From a virus (Duplodnaviria; Caudoviricetes): a stretch of DNA of 64,000 nucleotides. The translations under genes were made by a program, and so were the position numbers. This document shows positions 1-10,405 of this stretch, piece after piece. Every line of letters begins with the position of its first letter. Position 1 is the stretch's first letter. The notes under the pieces are model-generated. The model ran no database searches and was not told the DNA's origin. It saw only the letters and a list, made by a program, of their open reading frames with translations. The DNA lies in the IMG/VR virus record IMGVR_UViG_3300047160_000980, positions 5,947 through 69,946 of that record, one strand, 5' to 3'.

Positions 1-354
1 GTTTTTGATGCAGTTCAGTAAATCGGCCTCTGTCCAATGAATACCCTCAAGAATCTGGATGTACAGAGTTTCCTTGCGAATTCTTGGCAGCTTGTAGGCT
101 TCGTTGAAAATGTACATGCGACGAGCCTCTACATAGAGACTGGTGCTCGCATATCCCTTTGGCAGAGAACGTTCGGCCTTGAACGGCGGCGAGCCCTCAG
201 GCAAATCCCATTTGTAGGCTTGCTTGTCGAAGGCCACCTTCAAAATTGTCCGCAGCGCCGGTGTATCATTCTTCTGAAACGTTTCGATTTTTTCCTTCTT
301 GGTCTTTGCGTGCTGAACGGCTTCGAAAATTTCAGGTATCATTAGTTTAAGCAT
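1..354 (-). CDS. Conserved T4-like phage hypothetical protein (DUF6433-like), runs off the left edge
   Basis: Manual translation from ATG at 354: MLKLMIPEIFEAVQHAKTKKEKIETFQKNDTPALRTILKVAFDK...LPEGSPPFK...KETLYIQILEGIHWTEADLL. Open to base 1; not in the ORF track. Confidence 0.75.
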   Translation of the reverse strand, partial: MLKLMIPEIFEAVQHAKTKKEKIETFQKNDTPALRTILKVAFDKQAYKWDLPEGSPPFKAERSLPKGYASTSLYVEARRMYIFNEAYKLPRIRKETLYIQILEGIHWTEADLLNCIKN

Positions 355-359
355 ATTAT

Positions 360-578
360 TCACTCCAGTGTTTTCATTAATCTATCTATCTTTTCTAATG
401 CATAGATTCTTTGTTCTTTCGTAATGGATTCCGAACCGTGCAAACATTTCTTGATTGAAATTAATGCGGCGATAGGATCCAAAGTTCCGGCCAATCCTTC
501 ATCGACACAAACATCGATGACATGAAATTGGTGAAACAATTCGTCCATTAAGTTTCTCATTTCAGAGTTCATTGGCAT
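360..578 (-). CDS. Hypothetical protein
   Basis: 72-aa ORF packed between its neighbours. Confidence 0.55.
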   Translation of the reverse strand: MPMNSEMRNLMDELFHQFHVIDVCVDEGLAGTLDPIAALISIKKCLHGSESITKEQRIYALEKIDRLMKTLE

Positions 579-1089
579 CCATCTTTCTCAGGATTTCTAG
601 CAATGCTTCGGCATTTCCCATTGCATCGTCAACTGGATTGTGTGTGTGCTTGGTCTTGCGCATGTTCTTCCAATCATTAGCCGATCGAAAGTCTCGTTTC
701 AGTCCTGCATAGAAGTCACCGATGCGCCGCGCCGAAAAACCAAATGGGTTTTCGTTTAGACAAAGCCAGAAATAGTAATTGATGAATTGCCAATCAAATG
801 CAGGGTTATCCGATGCAAATGTTGGTCTGGACCCTTCGTTCATTTTCAAGATCCATTCTTGGAACTCGGCCATTACATCATCAGGATTGTCGAACGATTC
901 GTGTTCTTCTCTTGTGAAGCCTGAAACTTTCAATGCTTCGGGTTTCCAATCATCAGTTAATGGTTCGGTCTTTCCGTAGAAAGTACCGGTAATCTTTCGA
1001 TCAGTGATGCACACCGCACCAAAACAAACCATAGAATAGATACCAGGCGCCGGTCCATCTGCTTCCACGTCAACTATAAAGAGGCTCAT
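562..1089 (-). CDS. DEDDh 3'-5' exonuclease (DnaQ/RNase T-like)
   Basis: ExoI motif VDVEADG, ExoII N-x-x-FD (NPAFDW), ExoIII H-x-x-x-DD-A (HNPVDDAMGNA). Start trimmed to MSLFIV. Confidence 0.8.
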   Translation of the reverse strand: MSLFIVDVEADGPAPGIYSMVCFGAVCITDRKITGTFYGKTEPLTDDWKPEALKVSGFTREEHESFDNPDDVMAEFQEWILKMNEGSRPTFASDNPAFDWQFINYYFWLCLNENPFGFSARRIGDFYAGLKRDFRSANDWKNMRKTKHTHNPVDDAMGNAEALLEILRKMDANEL

Positions 1090-1576
1090 ATTTTTCAGGC
1101 AACAATGAATAAGGTAAGTAGAGTGGATGACAAGGGATGCCATCCTTCGATAGTTTCAGAGCCGTAAGTTTGTGACCGTTCAAAATGTTTCTGGCCACTT
1201 CCTCACCACGTCCGTACAGATTGCCGTTCGTTCCCCAGGCACAAACGATCAGATCGGCATTGTTTGCCGCATACTTCAAATAGTAATCGTTCTTGGGACC
1301 CACTGGATCGGCAATTTCAAGTAACCCTTTTGGGTCAGTCGAGCGAAAGGCAAAAATGTTTGTGACTACCAAACAATTGTAACCCATTTGAATTGCCCGA
1401 CGTTGACAACGTTCTACAGTCGGATCGTTTTCAACTTCGTCGGCCGTAGACGGATTCAACATCACAAAATTGACAGTCTTGGTAGATTGTCCGTCAAATA
1501 TGTCCGTCGAACCCCAATAACGATACAGATAGTATCGATACAGTTTGTCCTTCGAAAAAATGGCATCAGTCTTCAC
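1070..1576 (-). CDS. DUF1643 family protein
   Basis: YRYYLYRYW...VMLNPSTAD...DPTVERC...NIFAFRSTDP...AWG...HPLY pattern. Confidence 0.85.
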   Translation of the reverse strand: MKTDAIFSKDKLYRYYLYRYWGSTDIFDGQSTKTVNFVMLNPSTADEVENDPTVERCQRRAIQMGYNCLVVTNIFAFRSTDPKGLLEIADPVGPKNDYYLKYAANNADLIVCAWGTNGNLYGRGEEVARNILNGHKLTALKLSKDGIPCHPLYLPYSLLPEKYEPLYS

Positions 1577-1757
1577 GGCGGATGCAGTCGTCTAGGCTGT
1601 CACGAAGGTAGGTAATTTGTTCCTGATACCGCTTTTCTTTTTCTTCCCAGTCTTGGGTTTTCAAATTCATTATCCAATCGAGAGTTTCTTCCTCTAATTG
1701 ACCATCCTTGATGACGGCATAAATCACGTCACGAATATCTTCTTTAATGTGGTCCAT
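1566..1757 (-). CDS. Hypothetical protein
   Basis: 63-aa ORF coupled to its neighbours. Confidence 0.55.
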   Translation of the reverse strand: MDHIKEDIRDVIYAVIKDGQLEEETLDWIMNLKTQDWEEKEKRYQEQITYLRDSLDDCIRRED

Positions 1758-1759
1758 GT

Positions 1760-2008
1760 TTATCTATCCCAAACATCGTAATCATACTGACAAAAGATTC
1801 CAGATTTCGTTCCGGCACCCCAAGCCCAGCACAAAGACAAAAACCAACAAAATCCGATGAAACAACCCCAACCAATACTGTATACATTTGCAATTGCAAT
1901 TGCGGCAATCAAACCAAACAAAATCCAAGCAAAAGACGAAATAATCAATACAATTTTTAGAATTTCTTTGAAACCAAACCATGTCGTTTCAAGTATCTCT
2001 TTTACCAT
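1760..2008 (-). CDS. Small membrane protein
   Basis: Two hydrophobic segments. Confidence 0.6.
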   Translation of the reverse strand: MVKEILETTWFGFKEILKIVLIISSFAWILFGLIAAIAIANVYSIGWGCFIGFCWFLSLCWAWGAGTKSGIFCQYDYDVWDR

Positions 2009-2009
2009 G

Positions 2010-2906
2010 TTAAAAGTCTCCGGCTAGTTCGATCATGTTTTTCATTCGGTGTTTCATGAAATAGGACATGATCGTCATTCGATTTTTACCCGTGTTCAAT
2101 TTACACTGTGACGCATACTCCTGCTGAATTGCAATTCTAACCGACTCAGGAATGTAGGTAAAGTCAATCAATTCCTCGTTGCGTTTGAACCAAACCAATT
2201 CCTGATCCGTACAGAAGTCCTTAGGATCCTTTGTCAGATACTCTTTCAACTTGTTTTTCATCACCTTCTTTTGTCGAATGTGATTTACAAACGTGTCTCC
2301 CGGCGATCTAAAATTAGGGATGCCGTCTCCCTTGTCTCCTTGCACGATTAGTTCGCGCAATTGGAGTTTCCAATCTTTAGGCTTGATCCATTTCTTTTGA
2401 ACGGTTGCCCATTGTTTCACGTTGCTATATTTTTGCAATTGCTGAAAATCTTTGTCACCACTGAGGATAAGAACAGGCTCGGCTTCGGAGCCAAACATGT
2501 TCTCTCCCCCTGATTGTTGTGACAATTCACACAGCACAGCGATTACATCATCGGCTTCGGCCTTCTCGACAGAAATAACAATGTAAGGAAAATACGTTCT
2601 AATGTCGATCAGGATCTGATGCAGAGTGTCGAAAATCAAACCCCAATCGATCTTGGATACTTGTCTTTCTGAATTGCGATGGGCCTTGTAATGTTGGAAC
2701 ACATCCTTTCGCCAACTACGACTGTCGGTGCAAATTACAAGTTCTCCGAATTCCTGTCCGAATTTCTGACGATAGGAACGCAGACAATTGAACACCATGT
2801 GTCGCAACAGCGAAACATTCTCCTCTGTAAAATTCTCTACTTCCTTTGGACCCATTTGGGCCATCAAGGTCGAAATGACTGTGTGATTGAAGTCAACTAG
2901 GATCAT
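2010..2906 (-). CDS. rnh: RNase H / 5'-3' exonuclease (T4 Rnh, FEN family)
   Basis: ILVDFN, SWRKDVFQHYKAHR, EADDVIA, ILSGDKDFQQL, GDKGDGIPN. Confidence 0.95.
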   Translation of the reverse strand: MILVDFNHTVISTLMAQMGPKEVENFTEENVSLLRHMVFNCLRSYRQKFGQEFGELVICTDSRSWRKDVFQHYKAHRNSERQVSKIDWGLIFDTLHQILIDIRTYFPYIVISVEKAEADDVIAVLCELSQQSGGENMFGSEAEPVLILSGDKDFQQLQKYSNVKQWATVQKKWIKPKDWKLQLRELIVQGDKGDGIPNFRSPGDTFVNHIRQKKVMKNKLKEYLTKDPKDFCTDQELVWFKRNEELIDFTYIPESVRIAIQQEYASQCKLNTGKNRMTIMSYFMKHRMKNMIELAGDF

Positions 2907-3286
2907 TTGCGTTTTTCGTCTAGTGGTTCACCGGTGTTGACTTTGACTTGAACGGCACGGTCATCCCAATACTCATACATGTCAAAATCCTTGATGCACG
3001 TCACTTCCAATTCCTCACCAACATGTTGAAGGCACCAATTCTTGATGACTTGTTCGGCTACTTCACCTTCGGTGCGCATATTAGGATCTTCATGGTACTT
3101 GCGAGAAACCCGCGCCGTGAAAATCTTGACGCGCTTGCCTTTTCGCAGCCATTCCTTTACCCGATTCACCATAGGAATAATCGGTGGTCCGATGAAATAA
3201 ACACTGACCCACTTATCGTAATGGGCCAGTGTTCCATCTAGATCGACACCAATGTATCCGCCGGTCTTTTTATTTTGGTCACTCAT
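2903..3286 (-). CDS. HAD-superfamily phosphatase (nucleotidase/PNKP-phosphatase-like)
   Basis: DLDGTLA motif I, IFTAR, WDDR. Confidence 0.8.
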   Translation of the reverse strand: MSDQNKKTGGYIGVDLDGTLAHYDKWVSVYFIGPPIIPMVNRVKEWLRKGKRVKIFTARVSRKYHEDPNMRTEGEVAEQVIKNWCLQHVGEELEVTCIKDFDMYEYWDDRAVQVKVNTGEPLDEKRK

Positions 3287-3294
3287 GCTTCACC

Positions 3295-4479
3295 TTACAC
3301 AATCCTAATCAGAATCGTGTCCTTGTTGATTCGTCCCTTCGGGGACTTGCTTTTGCATTTGATGTTTTCCATGATGCGTCGCAGAGCAACCTTGCCACCA
3401 TTTTTCACTTCATCCAATTGCTTTTCGGGCTTGCGAAGCTTCTTTGTTTCGCTGGCTTCAATGTCGAAATTCAACAGCGTCGAACCACGCACTGCCAGTC
3501 CTAACGAACCGGATGCTCGAAACACAGTCAACATGCGAGTCTTGACATTGAACACCCACAATTGTTCGGAACCAATGATATCGATTGGAGAAACAGAGTT
3601 CAGTTTATACTCCTTGCTCTCCTTCAGATATTGAAGCTTGGCAACTTGAACACTTGCGGGCTTTGCCTTGCGCTTGCGCGGAGCACGATTCACCTTCTTG
3701 AAATGCGCGTACTTTTCACTTTCTTCCTTTAGCTTCTGGAAGAACTTAATCATCAGATTGAATTGCTTCTTGGTGAAATTGCTGTAGCCATCTTTCAGAT
3801 CCTGATCTTTCGTCAACATCACTGATCCGAATTCCTTGATCTTGAGGTCACACCAGGCGATCACGTCTTTCATGTATGCCTGAGGAATTTCCTTGCCGCG
3901 AAGATAGTTGTAGAACGCATCCTCGTCACTCAGCGTTTCGGAATCATTGATCCAGTCGTCGAACAAACCTTCTAAGTCACCAAGGAAAGATTGAATCTTG
4001 ACCTGCATGTGATCGCGCACCGTTTTCACGGCAGTCGCGACCTTATCTTCGGCGATTCCCTTGAGGTCCTTTTCAATTTCCAGTTCGGCATCGAATCTGG
4101 CAAACAAGGTCTTCATCCTCAAATCCAGAGAAGCCAGATCCTTGTCACTGAACACGGCACCGCGATGCAGCAAACGCATGCACCAACATAAGGCAAGTGG
4201 AACCTCATTCTGAGGTAGCGCTTCCAACTTCCTGATATAGGCTTTTTTCTGCTTCGTCGCAATTGCAGTGGCGACGAGATACTTTTGCGCATCGTTTGGT
4301 GACTTGTTGGCCGAATACCAATTCAAAGCCAAAATCAAATTGATCTTGTAGTTTTCTTTGATCGTCGGAACTGTGCTGTTGGCGTTGACGAACAGAACAT
4401 CAGGTTCGTTGCCAGCAATGTATGATTGCACGTCTTTAGCGCGAGCCATTAGATTCTCCGAATCCCTGATTGGGAACAT
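3295..4479 (-). CDS. Conserved T4-like phage hypothetical protein
   Basis: 394-aa ORF with its own sigma70 promoter; C-terminal LWVFNVKTRML...KKLRKP...GRINKDTILIR block typical of T4-like environmental phages. Confidence 0.7.
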   Translation of the reverse strand: MFPIRDSENLMARAKDVQSYIAGNEPDVLFVNANSTVPTIKENYKINLILALNWYSANKSPNDAQKYLVATAIATKQKKAYIRKLEALPQNEVPLALCWCMRLLHRGAVFSDKDLASLDLRMKTLFARFDAELEIEKDLKGIAEDKVATAVKTVRDHMQVKIQSFLGDLEGLFDDWINDSETLSDEDAFYNYLRGKEIPQAYMKDVIAWCDLKIKEFGSVMLTKDQDLKDGYSNFTKKQFNLMIKFFQKLKEESEKYAHFKKVNRAPRKRKAKPASVQVAKLQYLKESKEYKLNSVSPIDIIGSEQLWVFNVKTRMLTVFRASGSLGLAVRGSTLLNFDIEASETKKLRKPEKQLDEVKNGGKVALRRIMENIKCKSKSPKGRINKDTILIRIV

Positions 4480-4481
4480 CT

Positions 4482-4510
4482 ATTATACTACAAATGGTGA
4501 GACTTGTCAA
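4482..4510 (-). promoter_or_regulatory. Sigma70-type promoter
   Basis: TTGACA-17nt-TATAAT, perfect consensus. Confidence 0.85.
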
Positions 4511-4517
4511 ACGGGAT

Positions 4518-5600
4518 TTATACAGCGTAGGCGTCCCAAAATGGGCCGTAACCAATGTCATCGATCTTCGCAATGCTGGTCCAATCGCGTTGTTTTAACC
4601 GATAGAACATTTCGAGAAGTACACCAGAAGCCGTCGTCATTTGGATGGCAGTGAAAGGTGAATTTCCCATGAACACACATTTCGAATAAACCTCGGACGT
4701 CAGATTGTTGTTTTTCCAGCCCGAAACTTCCACTAGAATTACAACCACATCTATGGGTGCCGAAGGCACGTGTTCGTCCAAAAGTCTGACAACATCATGT
4801 TCGTGAAGATCCAAATCCTTCAAAAGGAATTTCATCAAATGACAATGACCCGGATAACGCAGGGTCTTGTAATTGACGTTAGTGTTCATAGTGGTGCTGC
4901 CCATTTCCATAAACGCATCCAGAACATTTGCCATTCCACCTGAGGTGTTGAAGGCTTCGTACTCAATGCCATTGACAATGACTGATTCCAAACCTGTCAA
5001 GGATTCTGTTTCGACAATGTTACCATGAACAATTGCCTGACCACGCTTGATATATTCATTCACTAGACCATTCGTTGACCATGTGCGATTGTAGCGAAGC
5101 ATGTTGCTCGCGCCCGGGGTCAAGGCACCGACACGAATTTTCACGTCTTTCAATTCGTCGAAATGACTTGCTAAGGTGTAGGCAATATTGCCGACGATTC
5201 CTGGTGCCAGACCACAGTGCGGAAAGAATAGAGGTCGATCACCATCCTTGTCATCGAAAGCAGGATTGTAGCGATTTAGGTCTCGGGTTCTTTTACCGAC
5301 GCGAATATCTTCGGTCAGATCGAAGTAAAGCTTTCCGGCTTCACTAGCAACGACAGATGTTATCTTGTCGTTCATGTTATACGGCAGCGCCGAAATAATC
5401 ACGTCATGATCTTTGACGATGTAGTAAACCAAATCGAGGTTGTCCAAATCAATGTCAACGACAGCGGCACCGTGCTTTGGTTCTTTGTCGTATAGATCAC
5501 TGTTAATTTTGTAATCGGGATGACCATGAATCACAAGCAAATCATGAATGGTCGATCCGATATTTCCTGCACCTAATATTGCAACGTTTAACTCACGCAT
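4518..5600 (-). CDS. Saccharopine dehydrogenase / L-lysine 6-dehydrogenase family oxidoreductase
   Basis: Rossmann GAGNIG, ISALPY, YFDLTED, CGLAPG, VGAL, WSTNGLVNEY, EAFNTSGG, YKTLRYPGH. Confidence 0.85.
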   Translation of the reverse strand: MRELNVAILGAGNIGSTIHDLLVIHGHPDYKINSDLYDKEPKHGAAVVDIDLDNLDLVYYIVKDHDVIISALPYNMNDKITSVVASEAGKLYFDLTEDIRVGKRTRDLNRYNPAFDDKDGDRPLFFPHCGLAPGIVGNIAYTLASHFDELKDVKIRVGALTPGASNMLRYNRTWSTNGLVNEYIKRGQAIVHGNIVETESLTGLESVIVNGIEYEAFNTSGGMANVLDAFMEMGSTTMNTNVNYKTLRYPGHCHLMKFLLKDLDLHEHDVVRLLDEHVPSAPIDVVVILVEVSGWKNNNLTSEVYSKCVFMGNSPFTAIQMTTASGVLLEMFYRLKQRDWTSIAKIDDIGYGPFWDAYAV

Positions 5601-5610
5601 AATGAAACTC

Positions 5611-7155
5611 CTAAAAATCCATTATAATTCCCGGGTTCTTGATCTCTTCGGGTTGTCCATATTTACCGTAATTTCTGAAAGTCTTTGCGACCTTTGAAGT
5701 CATCAACCATTCAATCGTCCTCAATTCAACTGGAAACTCCCACAATGCAGCAACGTGTGCCAGAGTAGTTTCCGCAGAAATTTCATCTAGAGGTGAATGA
5801 TTCAATGGTTCATGATCCATTTCCAGACAACGATCACCTGAAAGATTTACATTGACGATCCTGATTTCAGGGACCATTGCTCCTCTGTGGTATTGCTTTG
5901 AAAGTTTTTCTCTCAAAGCATAGAAGCCTGTTTGATCCTGAATGTTCTGAACTCTGTAATGTTGTCGTCCGTTCTTGTGTTCGACATGGAACAACTTGAA
6001 CTCTTTGACCACAGTCGGAGACAGGTATTGGGCAATGAACGAATCATCTTTGAAATTCACCATCGCATACTTGATTTCATCCACCCAATCCTTGCCGACG
6101 AGATCAGGAAAATATCGTCTGTCTTCCTCAGTTGGTTCCTCACACATGCGTTTGATATCTTTGAAGATAGCGAATCCCAACGCATACGGATTGATACCAC
6201 TGAAATACTTATGGTCGTAGTCTAGTTGTTTCAGAACACCGGTATGGCTCTTGAGAAAACTCATGTACGAGCCTTCGTCGATCAAGCCTTTTTCGAACAG
6301 TCTGGTAACGATGTAGTAATGGGTGAACGAAGCAAACCCTTCGTTCAGAACTTTCGTCTGTGTCTGTGGATAGAAATATTGAGAGATTTTTCTGACGATT
6401 CGAATGATTTCCCTTTTCCATTGAGGAAGCAAAGGAGCATTCTTTTCGATGAAATAGAGAAGGTTTTCCTCAGGTTCTTTAGGGAAACGCTCTTTCTTGA
6501 CTAGGTTCTTGTGCTTCTTGATTAGCTTTTCCCACATCGGATTGTAGTCCGATAGTTCTTTTTCAAACTTCTCCCAGGCTTCTTTCTCCTCGTCTTTCAC
6601 TCGCAATTTCTTTGGACGCTTGAACTTATCTACACCATAATTCGACAGAGCATGACAGGCATCAATAACAGCCTCTACTTCATCCTCACCGTATTTTTCT
6701 TCGCATTTGTGAATGTAATTCTTGGCGAAGTTGAGGTAATCGACAATTGAATCGGCATGTGTGTTGTCTTTGAACAGGTAATTGTTTTTGAACACTGCCG
6801 AGTGTCCGACACTTGCATGTGCCAAAACAAGAGTCTGCATCGTCATATCATTTTCTTCCATCAGATATGCAATACAAGGATTCGAGTTAATCACCAATTC
6901 ATAGGCGAGCGACATGCCTTGATCGTAGTTCTTTTTGTTCATTACGAAATCTTTACCGAACGACCAATGCTTGTAATAAACTGGCATGCCGATAGATGAA
7001 TAGGCATCCAGCATTTGTTCGGCTGACACAATTTCAATCTGTGCCGGATACCATTCCAAACGTAGTTCGTCGCGACCGATGATCTGAATTTCACTCCAGA
7101 CCTTTTCGATCAGGTCAAATGTCCAATCCTCACCGGATTTGAAAAGTAGACTCAT
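5611..7155 (-). CDS. spoVR: SpoVR family protein (YcgB)
   Basis: GMPVYYKHWSFGK, LAYELVINSNPCIAYLME, LVLAHASVGH, YFYPQTQTKVLNEGFASF, INPYALGF. Start trimmed to the ATG overlapping the yeaH stop (ATGA). Confidence 0.95.
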   Translation of the reverse strand: MSLLFKSGEDWTFDLIEKVWSEIQIIGRDELRLEWYPAQIEIVSAEQMLDAYSSIGMPVYYKHWSFGKDFVMNKKNYDQGMSLAYELVINSNPCIAYLMEENDMTMQTLVLAHASVGHSAVFKNNYLFKDNTHADSIVDYLNFAKNYIHKCEEKYGEDEVEAVIDACHALSNYGVDKFKRPKKLRVKDEEKEAWEKFEKELSDYNPMWEKLIKKHKNLVKKERFPKEPEENLLYFIEKNAPLLPQWKREIIRIVRKISQYFYPQTQTKVLNEGFASFTHYYIVTRLFEKGLIDEGSYMSFLKSHTGVLKQLDYDHKYFSGINPYALGFAIFKDIKRMCEEPTEEDRRYFPDLVGKDWVDEIKYAMVNFKDDSFIAQYLSPTVVKEFKLFHVEHKNGRQHYRVQNIQDQTGFYALREKLSKQYHRGAMVPEIRIVNVNLSGDRCLEMDHEPLNHSPLDEISAETTLAHVAALWEFPVELRTIEWLMTSKVAKTFRNYGKYGQPEEIKNPGIIMDF

Positions 7156-8426
7156 TGCTTTTGGAATAGTTCGGCAAACACAGGGAAAATGTCGGCTTCG
7201 TCCATGACCTTCTTGATTCGAAAGTTTTCGAACTCCATCATTAATTCGGCATACGTTGTCCATAGTCCTTTTTCTGTAACCCAGGAACTAATCAACGTTT
7301 TCATTTCCATATTGTGATAATCTTCGACCTGAATGTAGGCATAGTAGGCCGTGTATTTCAGAATACGATCACGCAACAAATCTTCACATCTTGGATTGTC
7401 TCCACCCCAATTGTCTCCATCCGAAACTTGACTGATGTAGATGTTGGTTTTGTGTTCTAGTCCTTCGTTTTTAACGATCCTATCGATCAGTTCCAGACCA
7501 CTCGAAACGATTGTGCCACCCGATTCTTGGGTGTTAAAAAACTCGTCCTCTTTCATTTCACGCGCCAGAATTGTGTGTGAAATGAAACGAACGTCTACCT
7601 TCTCATACTGCATTCTGAGAAAGGTGTAGAGTAGGAAAAAGAACTTACGGGCAATCGTTTTTTCTTTCAAACCCATGCTGCCTGAATTGTCCATCAAGCA
7701 AAACATCGTTGCATGTGTCGTTGGCTTTTGAACAGCCACCATTTGCTTGAATCGCAAATCCAACGGATCGAACATTGGAATGTTCGCAAGACGATTCTCT
7801 AGCTTCTTGATTCCCTCAAGTAGTTGGATTCGCTTGTCGTCATCCTGTTCGACTTCAAGAAGTTCATAGAGGGCTTCGATTTTCTTTTCAATAGAGGCAC
7901 GTGCAGGAACCTTGCGCAACAAGGCTTGTTTGAAAGACCTGATGACACTAAGCTTGTTTGGTGAACCTTCTTTTTGAAAGCCGGCATGGTGCCATTCTGT
8001 TTCGAACAGTTTGGCAATCTGAGTCTTTAGGAGATTAGGAAGTTCGAGGTCCTCAAAGAAGTATTTGAGAAATTCTTCCTGAGAAATTTCAACAAAGAAA
8101 TCATCCAGGCCTTCACCTTCATCTGAGGCATCGTGTTTTCCACCACCACCTGGTTGACGAGGAATCAGGTCCCCAGGAACGTATTCCTTATTTCCCGGAA
8201 CCACATAGTCTTTATTGCCACCATGCCCATGACGGAACCATGGTTCAGAAATTCCTTTCTTTACCTTGATTCGGGCCCCGCCTGCAACGTAATTCTTTAG
8301 TTTACGTTTGGCGAGAATCTTCGGCATCTGTTCCTTGATTGCGCCATGAACGCGCTTGAGGAACTTCTGCCTATTTTCAGTGGACTTGCCTCGACCGTTT
8401 TTACGACGATCAATTATGGATGCCAT
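7152..8426 (-). CDS. yeaH: YeaH/YhbH (DUF444) vWA-domain protein
   Basis: IIDRR.N...KS.ENRQKFL.R, YVPGD.I.RQPGGGG, FFEDLELPNL, MIDAS-type MDNSGSM, ESGGTIVSS, SDGDNW. Confidence 0.95.
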   Translation of the reverse strand: MASIIDRRKNGRGKSTENRQKFLKRVHGAIKEQMPKILAKRKLKNYVAGGARIKVKKGISEPWFRHGHGGNKDYVVPGNKEYVPGDLIPRQPGGGGKHDASDEGEGLDDFFVEISQEEFLKYFFEDLELPNLLKTQIAKLFETEWHHAGFQKEGSPNKLSVIRSFKQALLRKVPARASIEKKIEALYELLEVEQDDDKRIQLLEGIKKLENRLANIPMFDPLDLRFKQMVAVQKPTTHATMFCLMDNSGSMGLKEKTIARKFFFLLYTFLRMQYEKVDVRFISHTILAREMKEDEFFNTQESGGTIVSSGLELIDRIVKNEGLEHKTNIYISQVSDGDNWGGDNPRCEDLLRDRILKYTAYYAYIQVEDYHNMEMKTLISSWVTEKGLWTTYAELMMEFENFRIKKVMDEADIFPVFAELFQKQ

Positions 8427-8428
8427 GT

Positions 8429-10375
8429 TTAGCTAGATTTTCTGTGGCGCATAAAGTATTCGCACAATAACCTAGTTTGTCTTTCAGTGTAACCACGCTC
8501 CATCATTTTTGCCACGAACTGTTGGTGTTTTTCAATCTCGTCCTTTGACTTCTTAGGAGCAAAAGAAATCACCGGAAGAATCTCGTCGGTTGTAGCCAGA
8601 ACTTTCTTTTCTACAACGATACGCATTTTCTCGTAGCTATTCCAACGAGGCATTTGGCCGCCGTGATTCTTTGCATAACGCAAAACGAATTGCGTAATTT
8701 CGTTACGCCAATCCTTTGCATTTGTAATCTCGGCTGCTTTTTCGATCTTCTCTAATTCAAGATTCAAATCCTCACGACTCATTAGCACACCAGTGTTTGG
8801 ATCACGATATTCTGAGTCCTGAACCCAGGCGTCGGCATAGTAAATATAGTTCTCGAAAACATTTTGACACAAATCAGAAAAGGATTCCAAGAATGAGGCT
8901 CGAATGTCCTTTTCCAGTTGTTCGAAATACTTGTCCTGCAGAATGCCCTTAAGATTCGTCAAAAGGATGTTTTCTTTTTCCTTCGCGAATTGTTCCTTGA
9001 TGATTTCGTTTTCAAGAACGATCATCAGATGAATTGGATTCGCTCCAATCTCTTCGGCATCGTAGTTGAAGGTCTTGGACAAGGTCTTAAATGCAAAACG
9101 CACCGACAAACCTTCCATGCCTTCTTTGACACCGGCCTCGTCTTTGTATTCTTGAAGGGGCTTCGCTTTCGGATCGACGTCCTTGATGTTTTCACCATTG
9201 TAAACGCGCATCTTGGAATATGCCGTAGAGTTTTCAGGTTCTACGATGCGAGATAGAATGCATTCTTGTGCCAGAAATTCTAGCGTACCTGGAGCACAAG
9301 GTTTGCTGAAAAGATCCGAATCACGAATCAGTTTCTTGTAGATTTCGACTTCCTCGTTCACCCGCAAGCAATACGGAATTTGAATCAGATTGACACGATC
9401 CAAGAAGGCTTCGTTTGTTTTGTTGTTCCTGAATTGTTGCCATTCAGATTCGTTGGAGTGGGCGATGATGATACCGTCGAAAGGCATTGCCGAAATTGCT
9501 TCGGTACCTTTGTACTGACGATCTTGCGTTGCCGTCAATAACGGATTCAACATCTTGATCGGGGCCTTGAACATTTCGACCATTTCGACCATACCATTGT
9601 TGCCACGATTCAAACCACCCGAATACGAATAGGCATAAGGATGATCTTGAGCATATTCTTCCAGCTTACGAATGTCAACCTTTCCTACCATCGAGGAAAT
9701 GTCTTGGTTGTTTTCGTCACCGGGTTCTACTCGCGTGATACAAACTTGGCGAATGCGTGAAGGATGAATTTTGACAACGTTGAAAAGGCTAATGTCACCG
9801 TTGAAGTCGATCATTTTTTGAACGGCCCAAGGCGACATTACAGAACGCAATGCCCCCGGTGGGATGTTGTAGTCCTCGTGCAGTTGCTTTGCATACTTGC
9901 GACGAGGGAACAACCCAAGGGGAGATTCAAAGACAGGAGAATCTTTCAGAACCCAAACAGGAACGTTTTCGAATAGTTCCTTCATTTTTTCGGCAAGTGT
10001 AGACTTACCACCACCGACAGGTCCCAACAGATAGAGGATTTGTTTCGATTCTTCCAGACCCTGTGCGGCATGACGAAAGAACGAAACTAATTGATCGATT
10101 GTTTCTTCCATACCATAGAATTCCTTGAAATTAGGATAGGTACGGATGATCTTGTTGCTGAAAATCTTAGAGAGGCGAGGATCTTGCTTGGAGTCTAGAA
10201 TAACAGGTTCGCCAATAGCCTGTAGCATTCTTTCGGCTGGAGAAGCGTATGCCGTTGGATCAATCTTGCATAGGTCAAGGTATTCTTGGAGAGTCAATTC
10301 TTCTTGAGAATTGAACCTCTCATAATCATTACGAAATGTCTGGAAAATACCAGCCGTTTTTTCTGCCATGTTCAC
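8429..10375 (-). CDS. prkA: PrkA/YeaG AAA+ serine kinase
   Basis: FYGMEE, KQILYLLGPVGGGKS (Walker A), PGDENNQDISSMVGKVDIRKLE, EMFKAPIKMLNPLL.ATQ, AHSNESEW. Confidence 0.95.
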   Translation of the reverse strand: MNMAEKTAGIFQTFRNDYERFNSQEELTLQEYLDLCKIDPTAYASPAERMLQAIGEPVILDSKQDPRLSKIFSNKIIRTYPNFKEFYGMEETIDQLVSFFRHAAQGLEESKQILYLLGPVGGGKSTLAEKMKELFENVPVWVLKDSPVFESPLGLFPRRKYAKQLHEDYNIPPGALRSVMSPWAVQKMIDFNGDISLFNVVKIHPSRIRQVCITRVEPGDENNQDISSMVGKVDIRKLEEYAQDHPYAYSYSGGLNRGNNGMVEMVEMFKAPIKMLNPLLTATQDRQYKGTEAISAMPFDGIIIAHSNESEWQQFRNNKTNEAFLDRVNLIQIPYCLRVNEEVEIYKKLIRDSDLFSKPCAPGTLEFLAQECILSRIVEPENSTAYSKMRVYNGENIKDVDPKAKPLQEYKDEAGVKEGMEGLSVRFAFKTLSKTFNYDAEEIGANPIHLMIVLENEIIKEQFAKEKENILLTNLKGILQDKYFEQLEKDIRASFLESFSDLCQNVFENYIYYADAWVQDSEYRDPNTGVLMSREDLNLELEKIEKAAEITNAKDWRNEITQFVLRYAKNHGGQMPRWNSYEKMRIVVEKKVLATTDEILPVISFAPKKSKDEIEKHQQFVAKMMERGYTERQTRLLCEYFMRHRKSS

Positions 10376-10405
10376 TCCTAGAATTAATTGAAACTTCTTC
10401 CTAGT

